From positions 13,516,001 to 13,580,000 of the forward strand of contig OX597839.1 of the NCBI GenBank assembly GCA_951406725.2: DNA of 64,000 nt, read 5' to 3'. The notes under the pieces are model-generated. The model ran no database searches and was not told the origin of the DNA. It saw only the letters and a list, made by a program, of their open reading frames with translations. Of this stretch, positions 55,846 through 64,000 are shown piece after piece (the first letter of the stretch is position 1; each line of letters begins with the position of its first letter). The translations under genes and the position numbers were made by a program. Source of the stretch: Octopus vulgaris (taxonomy: Eukaryota).

Positions 55846-56369
55846 ATTATTTTCGTGTCTTTTTCTTTGCTACTCTATCACTTTTTCTATCTCTCTCCAC
55901 TTTTTAATAAATCCTTTCTAATCTTTAAATATTTGCTTCTTCATATATAAAGTATTAAGTAATTATATGTATATATATTCATGTAAACAAATAATTGCAG
56001 TTCATGTGAAGTACAAAAAAAAAATGAGAGGAAAGGGATTAAAGTAAAAGAAAGAGAAAATGCCGCAAGGAAAAAAGAGATAGTGGAAAGACATAGACGA
56101 AAATCAAGAAATAAAGAAAGAAGAAGAATATGAGAGATAAAGAGAAAAACAAAGAAAAAGGAGATAAAGATGATGGGAGAAGTGACAAATAGAGAGACTG
56201 AAAATGATTACGGAAATTTACGATAGTCTACGAAATATGGCGAGATTGCATAAGTAAAAACCCGCGGAAAAAAGCCGAACACGAATAAATTGGCAAGTAA
56301 AATCTGCCTCCCTCCCTCCCTCCCTGTGTGTTTGTGTGCGTGCGTATTATTGTATTATGTAGGTTCTTA

Positions 56370-57030
56370 TTGCAGATGTTGAAGAAGGGGGGCAGAAAAT
56401 TGATCGGTTCGGAAAGAAGTGATCTTCGATGACAGCAAAGGATCGAACACTCCATCTTGGAACGAGCACTTCATAGACAGGACTTGAGAATCTTTTCCGT
56501 TTGAACGGCAGTTTTTTTTCTAGCGGTGTCATATGAAATTGTCACCCATAATTATGACCCTAGTATCGATCTATTGCATTTCAATTAATTTTAGGGTTAG
56601 GGGTGGGGGGAAGGGTATCTTTTTTCTCCACAAATGTAAATAAACCCAATCTGTTTCTTAAACGAGGGACATATTCATACGGCACAGAATGTTTTTTTTT
56701 TACCTCAATAGACGTCAGTGATTGGTTGAAATTGCAGAAATTGAAGAAGATAAAAATCAACAAATATCTTACAAACCATAGAATTTTCTCAATAAAGTCG
56801 AGAGAAAAAGATGTTTTACAAAACATTCTACCAGTATACGAAGTTTAAAATTTTTTAGTTACGTGGAAATTATTTTAAAAAACTGCCGCTCAAACCGAAA
56901 AGATCCGGACTTGAAATTAATGCCAAACATTATTCTACCTGAAAAATGATTGTAACAATCTCTTTGTCCAAGTCCAAAGCCGGACTTGCTGGTCATATGA
57001 AATCTCATGACGGCATTTACGAATGGAAGA
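56370..57030 (+). mobile_element. Highly decayed RTE-like 3' ORF remnant interrupted by a MITE
   Basis: Removing the MITE joins RIEHSILERALHRQDL to a downstream ..KSKAGLAGHMKSH, resembling the terminal C2H2 finger of RTE ORFs. Confidence 0.5.
56488..56906. mobile_element. Merlin-like MITE copy 3 (a right-end fragment also lies at about 62367-62453)
   Basis: Same family as copies 1-2, with a perfect 8-bp TSD GGACTTGA (56480-56487 and 56907-56914). Confidence 0.88.
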
Positions 57031-57785
57031 GATAACCTTCTTCTATGAAGTGGCAATCACCATATATGCATATGTTTTACCTTTTATTTGTTTCAGTCAT
57101 TGGATTGCGGCCATGCTCGGGATCCATTTTAACAAGATTAGTCCAGTGGTTCTCAACCATTTTTTTTTACATACGGACTCCTTTGATTCCTACCTTACGC
57201 CGACTGACCTCCATAACCATTCACTGCATATACATACACAAAGAGAGAAATACACACAGTTTTAAAACACATACACCCATATTCTCTCTCTTTCACCTTC
57301 TCCATCTCCCTATCACTCCCTCTCTCTCTCTGTCTCTCTCTTTCACCTTCTCCCTCCCTCTATTCCCCATTATACACACACACACACACACTTTCTCTCT
57401 CCCCACTTCATTTACCAATAATATAAATACAGGCAAAACTCTCCAAACTGACATTTCTAGGAGTAGTTGAAAGCGCTAATATGAAGAAATAATATGAGAT
57501 ATGTAAATAAATATCCAGCATCCTGAACACCTTTTTTCTTTCATGTGTATTAAATCTGTACATCACCCCCAATACTTCTAACATATATATATATATATCA
57601 GTGGTTTTCAACCAGTAGAGTCCTGGGGTTCTGCAAGAAGATACAAAACTGCTAAAATCGGCAGTAATTTCTAATTCTCCTGTGCAGATATGTGTGCATA
57701 AGACTATTAGATTATTGCACAGGGGTTCCTCGAGCCAGTGGAATGTTTCCTTGGAGTTCCGCTCCAGCAAAAAGTTTGAAAAGCA

Positions 57786-57886
<101 letters not shown>

Positions 57887-58392
57887 GGAGAGAGAAAGAG
57901 TGTTAGGTGTGGTGTACAAAATTGAATATTGAGAAAAAAAAGTCCTTTTATTTCTTAGCGCTTTCGTTTCTCTCTAGAAATTGTCAAATACAATTTGCAT
58001 TTGACAAGTTCAAGAGAGGAACAAAAGCGCTAATAATAATGAAGAAATAAAAGGATTTTTTTCCAAAATTCTGACGACTTTTTTTTCTCTCGATATATAT
58101 ATGGGTCTAAAAATATTGGTTGTCAGGAGACTTAAGGGAGCCCTCTCGCAACTACAATGCTATCATTTAATTATTATTATTTCAAGTATTCTTTTCAACT
58201 GTCTGCAAACACAGCCAGGCTGAAATAATTAATGCATTCTTCCAGGAGTGAATAAAAAATTCTATAACTTGAGGGAATGGGGCCCTTAGATACTAACATG
58301 CCCCCCCCCCCCCTATATAGATTCTGATGGCGCAGGGGGCCAATTGTCATCGGGTGGCAGATCTCTTCAATCTGACCGACAACAATCCACCA

Positions 58393-58459
<67 letters not shown>

Positions 58460-58548
58460 GGGAAGGTTTACGAAAATAAACAAAAGACGAAGACAGGTAG
58501 AGTACAAACAAACAAATGTATTAGTATAGCGCTCAGGAATAGAAAAAG

Positions 58549-58586
58549 TCTTTTACGTTTCGTGCCTACGCTCTTCTACAGAAAGA
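58549..58586 (-). ncRNA. Minimal type-I hammerhead-ribozyme-like motif (variant core) in a small (TA)n-embedded element at about 58455-58650
   Basis: Minus strand reads UCUUU-CUGUAGA-A-GAGC(GUAG)GCAC-GAAACGUA-AAAGA: stem I UCUUU/AAAGA, stem II with one mismatch, palindromic ACGU stem III and a GUA site. The core deviates from CUGANGA at one base. Confidence 0.5.
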
Positions 58587-59903
58587 TACACAGAAAAAAA
58601 TCAAGGAGAGAGAAAAATGCGTGTAGGAGCTAACGATCTATCATGGCGTTTATATATATAAATATATATATATATATAACTCTTACATATACAGTGTACT
58701 TTTAAACACATAAGAGATGGCCGTAATATTAGTTTCAAATTTTAGCACAATGCCAGCAAGTTCTGAAGATTACATCAATCCCAGTGTTCAACTGGTACTT
58801 ATTTTATTGACCCCGAAAGGATGAAAGGCAAAGTCGATCTCGGTAGATTAGAACGTAAAGACTGCTAGAAGGAGTAGTTAAAATTCCAAACCCCTAATTG
58901 TGGTTTTGGATTATAACTACTCCTTCTAGCAGTTCAAATGTCCGATTATGGCCATCTCTTATGTGTTTAAAAGTACACTGGGTCATACATATCCTCATCT
59001 GAAAAAGATGATGTGTTTAAAAGTACACTGCATGAATAATATAGGAAAGAAGCCGTCATTGTTTCATAGTTTTTCATTGATGTCCACTAATTTATCTACC
59101 GTTGTGAGGTAATTGTTTGTTTTGGTATTTCAATAGAGAAGCAACAAAGAGAGACAAATATACATTCATGAGCAATACAAAAGTAATTCATTTTTCTCAT
59201 CACAGGAAGAAAATTTATATCACGGTGATGTGTGGGAGGCCTTCTTTATTATAGTAAATTACTTTTGCGTTTACTGTGTTGTTTTTCTTTTCTTTTTTTT
59301 GTTGTTGTTGTTGTTAATGATATAGTGTAATGTAACGGATATCTATAGATGTTGAACCAATACTACTACTAATAATAATGTGCGTGTTGGGCTAAATCTG
59401 GCGATTTTTTTTTGTCTCCTTAGTTAAGGAACAGCTTGATGTATTGATGAATGGCCTGTGGTATAGGAGAGTACCAGTTGAGTACTGGGGTTGATGTAAT
59501 CGATTCATCCCCTCCCCCCAAAATGGCTGCCCTTGCGGCAAAATTTAAAACCATTATTATTATTGTTGCTGTTGTTAAGGCGGCGAGCTGATACGCCGGG
59601 CAAAATGCTTATACGATGGATTTCTTTCAGTTGTTACCCGCAAAAGATGTTTCTTATACAATGGGTTTCCTCAGTTTCTATCTACCAAACCCCCTCACAA
59701 GGCTTTAGTCATCCCGAGGCTATAGTAGAAAGACACGCGCTACACAGTGGGACCGAACCCAGAACGTCTTTACGTTCTAATCTACCGAGATCGACTTTGC
59801 CTTTCATCCTTTCGGGGTCAATAAAATAAGTACCAGTTGAACACTGGGATTGATGTAATCTTCAGAACTTGCTGGCATTGTGCTAAAATTTGAAACTAAT
59901 ATA

Positions 59904-60803
59904 TCATCATCATTGTTCGACCACGGTCGAGACAATGGAATTTACTATGCTATGCCAGACTTCACGGTCCATCATAGCATTACGGAGGTCCTGTTACTGG
60001 ATGCCTATATCCCTGGAGATTACATCAGGGTAGGAGAGTGTGCACCCTCTGGTATCGCGAGTGGATGGCTTCCAGAGGAGAAGAGTAGAAATTGCCTTGT
60101 TTTCAGCTCTACAACAACGTCCAGCAAACTGGACTCTCCTACCTTTCACAAGAGATGATACAGGTGGTTGTTTCCCATATATTTGTACTTTGGTTGGATG
60201 ACGCTTCCACGAGAGATTTTGAGCTCTCATAAGGAGGCGAGTGTAAGTTCCATCCAACCGCCTCTCAAGCTTCTTTGATAACGTCCAGGTTTCTGAGCCA
60301 TATAGTAGAATTGGTTCGACTGGGGCTTTGAAGATTTTAAATTTGAAATCTCTACTTATATTTGATGACCAGATCTTATGCATATCATTACAGGCTGACC
60401 AGGCCATGCCCTTTCTAGATAGAAAATCTTTTTCAGATGATGATATGTATGACCCAAGATATTTGTAATCAGAAACCATATTTAAGAGCGTATTGTTGAG
60501 AGTATGGATGATGAAATCACTGTTGGACAGGCACTTGTTCACATATTCAGTCTTGGACTCGTTGAGTCCAAGCCTACACAATTTGAGGCTTGTTCAAGAG
60601 ATTGTAAAAGAGACTGGGCATTGGAGAGAGAATCACTGATAAGAGCGATGTCGTCAGCAAAGTCAGTGTCTGTTAAGTATTCAGCTGGGTGTTTGGAACT
60701 TCTAGGTTTTATTTCAAAGCCCTTGCCAGAAATGGTATCAATTGACATACGTAGCACATAGTCAACGACAATGATGAAGAGATTTGATGACCAGATCTTA
60801 TGC
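59904..60803 (-). mobile_element. 5'-truncated RTE-type LINE (RT C-terminal half), 11-bp TSD
   Basis: Encodes LFIIVVDYVL..DFADDIAL..YKYLGS..PILLYGSETWTL and has a (TGA)n tail. TSD AAACTAATATA at 59893-59903 and 60804-60814. Confidence 0.9.
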
Positions 60804-62454
60804 AAACTAATATAACTGAACCAGTTACTTTACACTGCTAGTTGTGCAGTGAGAGCAGGTTAGGATAAATGCACAAATGTTATCAGTGATCATGAGTTAT
60901 GTGCAGGCAATAGTTGTTCCACACTTGAATTTGTCATAGTGACAAAGCTTCTTATCTCACTGCATGTCTTTGAATGAAAGACAGATCTTGTAAGATTTCA
61001 ATTTCACTGAGGATGACGTCTGATAAACGTGACAGTTAAACATTCTAATTTGTTCACACTTTCTGCATTGTTGAAAATATTTTACATCTAAAACACTAAA
61101 TCTGGAAACTACATTTTTAAAAAAATGATAGCATCTTTTACTTCTGTTATTAATGATTCTTTTTAATTTTGGCACAGAACCAGAAATTTTGAAGGAAAGG
61201 AAGTAAATCGATAACACAAACCCCAGTATTTAACTCGTATTTATAGAGCGGCTGTCCGGCTTCCGTACCAGTGGAACTTAAAAGGCACCATTCGAGCGTG
61301 ATCGTTACCAGCGTCGCCTTACTGGCACTCGAGCCCTGTGCTAGTAGGGTGCCATCCGAGCGTAATCATTGCCAGAGCGGCTATCTGGCCTCTGTGCCGG
61401 TGGCACGTAAAAGACACCATTCGAGCGTGATCGTTACCGGCATCGCCTTACTGGCACCTGTGCCGGTGGCATGTGTAAAAAGATTCGAGCGAGGTCGTTG
61501 CCAGTACCGCCTGACTGGCCCCATGCCGGTGGCACGTAAGAGCACCCACTACACTCTAGGAATGGTTGGCGTTAGGAAGGGCATCCAGCTGTAGAAACTC
61601 TGCCAGATCAAGAATGAAGCCTGGTGTAGCCATCTGGTTCGCCAGCCCTCAGTCACTCATCCAACCCATGCTAGCATGGAAAGCGGACGTTAAACGATGA
61701 TGATGATGATGACTACGAAATGAATGAACCCAGAAACATATTAAAGAGACGGAAGAATTGCCTTTAACAATTTAGCCAGCTTACTGCCTTTCATTACCAG
61801 ATTAAAAGAAACGAAATGGTTACAACATGGGCACTGAGTCAAAGAATTCATTTCTATCCAACAATGCTATCCTCCCAATAAATAAAACAAAACATGACCG
61901 AAATTATCAGTAACTCTGCAAGTGTGAACTTGCCGTAGTCTACTAGACTTCGATTTTGTTATTTCGATTGGTTTTCTCTGTTATCTTTCTGTTGTCTCTA
62001 ACGATGGAGAATTATTTCCTCAATCAGTTAGTTTTAATTATTCAGATTTGTTTGGGAATGTTTTTACAACCCATGACAACAGCATACGTTATATACTAAT
62101 AGATCAATACATTCATTACACCCTATCAACCCACAGCTAACGTCTGTTATTGTCCGGCATGCAATAAACATATCGTTACACAAGCTAACGAGGAAGCTTC
62201 TATGTCAGGTATGGGCAACCGTTTTCCAGAAGCAGGCAGCACAAGACACGGATCATCATTGGGCGGGCCGCACTACTACAAAAAAAATAATAAAATTCAT
62301 AGGCGTAGGAGTGGCTGTGTGGTAAGTAGCTTGCTTATGAACCACATGGTTCTGGGTTTTATTTTGACACATTCTACCAGTATACGAAGTTTAAAAGTGT
62401 TTATAGTTAACTAGAAATTGTGTCGAAAACTGCCGTTCAAAAGGAAAAGATCCT

Positions 62455-63712
62455 ACAATTGATTAATAATGGGAAAACAACGTAGCCTCAGTCCAGTCAC
62501 GAGAGCAAAAATCGTATTACTCTACCAGCAAAAATGTTTCCTTTTCGAACACCAGCAAGCTACTAAAGTGCAGTAAAACGGCTTGCGTGGAAGTTATACT
62601 CGGAGACTGGTCAATATAAAGATCGGCAAAGGGCTGGCACCCCAAGAAAAGCGACGGCGCAGTTGGACCGTCGAATCCACCGACTTTCGGAAGGCAATCG
62701 AATGCTGATAGCCGTTGACATTTGTAAACAATTGTCCAACGAAAATGGTGTTATTTTACACCACAAACCGTCCGCAACTGTTTAAGTTGGACGAATCGCT
62801 AGTGAAAAGCCAATAATATCCGAAAGAAATCGACTCAAACGCCTTATTTTCGCAAAAAGCCATGCTCAATGGACTGCCGAAGATTGGTGCAGGGTCCTTT
62901 GGAGTGATGAGTCACGCTTCTGTATATTTGGATCAGATGGTAAAACATGCGTCGCCCAACCGAGGAATTCCATCTGAAATGCGTGAAAAAGTCGGCACAA
63001 GCGGAGGGGTGATGGTGTGGGCGGCATTTAGTAGCTTTGGTGTTGGCCCTCTAGTGAATCTACTAAAGGTAATGTTGTGCCATATTTGACTCACCAAATG
63101 CCTCTGGGGGCTATTTATCAGCAAGACAATAGTCCTGTGCACAAAGCCAAAAACGGTATGGAATTTTTTTGATCACCGTAATATTGACGTAATCGAATGG
63201 CCTCCGCGGACCCTGGACCTGAATCAGATCGAGAACTTGTGGAATTATGTTTCCAAAAAAGTCCATGCTAAAAAAAAACATCTAATGTAAAACAATTATT
63301 CGGTTATATCAAAGAAATATGGCAAAACATTCCCATAGAATTTTGTAATCACTTAGCGAATTCAATGTCGAGTCGTTGTTCAGCCGTTATTTAGAATGAA
63401 GGCTACGGCACAAAGTACTAATATATATTTCGTTCTAGTTGTTCATTTTTGCTACAATCTTAAGCTTTAAATAAAATTATAATGATACGGTCTTAAACTA
63501 ATTTTGCCGGTAAATTTGAAAACTTTATATTTATTTAGTATTAGAATTCTTCAAGCTGTATAAAAATGGCTATTGTCTGCATCATTCGATAGAGAAATAA
63601 ATTCTGCATAAGGTGTAAAAGATAAAAACAATTTGTATGGTGTTAATAACAAAATATTTTGTAAGAAATTGAACTTTTATTCATCGGTCTTAAATTTATT
63701 TTCGCCAGTGTA
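62455..63712 (+). mobile_element. Decayed Tc1-family transposon, left end missing
   Basis: Fragments MGKQRSLSPVTRAKIV, WSDESRFCIFGSDG, GGVMVWAAFS, QQDNSPVH and WPPRTLDLNQIENLW. The right end is ..CCAGTG|TA. Confidence 0.88.
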
Positions 63713-64000
63713 TATATATATATATATATAAAGTTAATCCAAACATGAAAGCACAAAAAAACACAACAACGCGAGGACGTGGAACAAATATAGTATTATT
63801 GGACGCTAAGGAAAGAAGGAGGGTTTAACGTTTCTTCGTCGAAAACATAGGAAAAGGAAAGATCCAGAGAAGGGAAGACAGAGGAAAAAAATCGCCAAAG
63901 GTACACACGTGAGAGAGAGCGCGCTGTGGCTTCAGTCCCACTGCGCGGCACATTGGGCAGGTGTCTTCTACTATAGCCCTGTGAGTGGATTTGTTAGACA

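Noticed and set aside
56228-56532. Possible divergent gene start upstream of PARK7 (AATATGGCG, CAAGATGG motifs, short ORFs)
   Set aside because: Much of the region is better explained as an RTE remnant split by a MITE, and no recognisable downstream exons occur to 64 kb. Not fully excluded.
61271-61594. 107-aa ORF with an internal repeat (KRHHSSVIVT)
   Set aside because: It is the subrepeated 3' UTR of the RTE-derived family also seen near 8330 and 43670.

Overview
This is AT-rich, repeat-dense eukaryotic genomic DNA. The SINE families and long (TA)n/(CA)n tracts suggest a coleoid cephalopod, probably Octopus (inference). Two complete spliced genes can be assembled by hand with canonical GT-AG sites and consistent phases. 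SLC25A11 (mitochondrial 2-oxoglutarate/malate carrier) is on +, with 10 coding exons, 10182-38747, 329 aa. PARK7/DJ-1 is on -, with 5 coding exons, 55461-40461, 186 aa. The genes are tail-to-tail with stop codons 1.7 kb apart. The rest is mostly transposon debris: tRNA-derived SINEs, RTE and CR1-like LINE fragments, a Penelope-like endonuclease remnant, a hAT fragment, a long-TIR mariner, Tc1, a bounded Chapaev3-like element and Merlin-like MITEs with 8-bp TSDs. The most unusual signals are: (1) several small elements near (TA)n tracts carrying minimal hammerhead-ribozyme-like motifs, two of them as head-to-head pairs; (2) repeated, locally templated perfect inverted duplications, including a three-piece template-switch mosaic; and (3) a perfect GTCACGTGAC motif just upstream of SLC25A11. 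Almost all ORFs in the supplied track are microsatellite or SINE artefacts. No prokaryote-style system (CRISPR, operon) is present. Repeat boundaries without a TSD are approximate.
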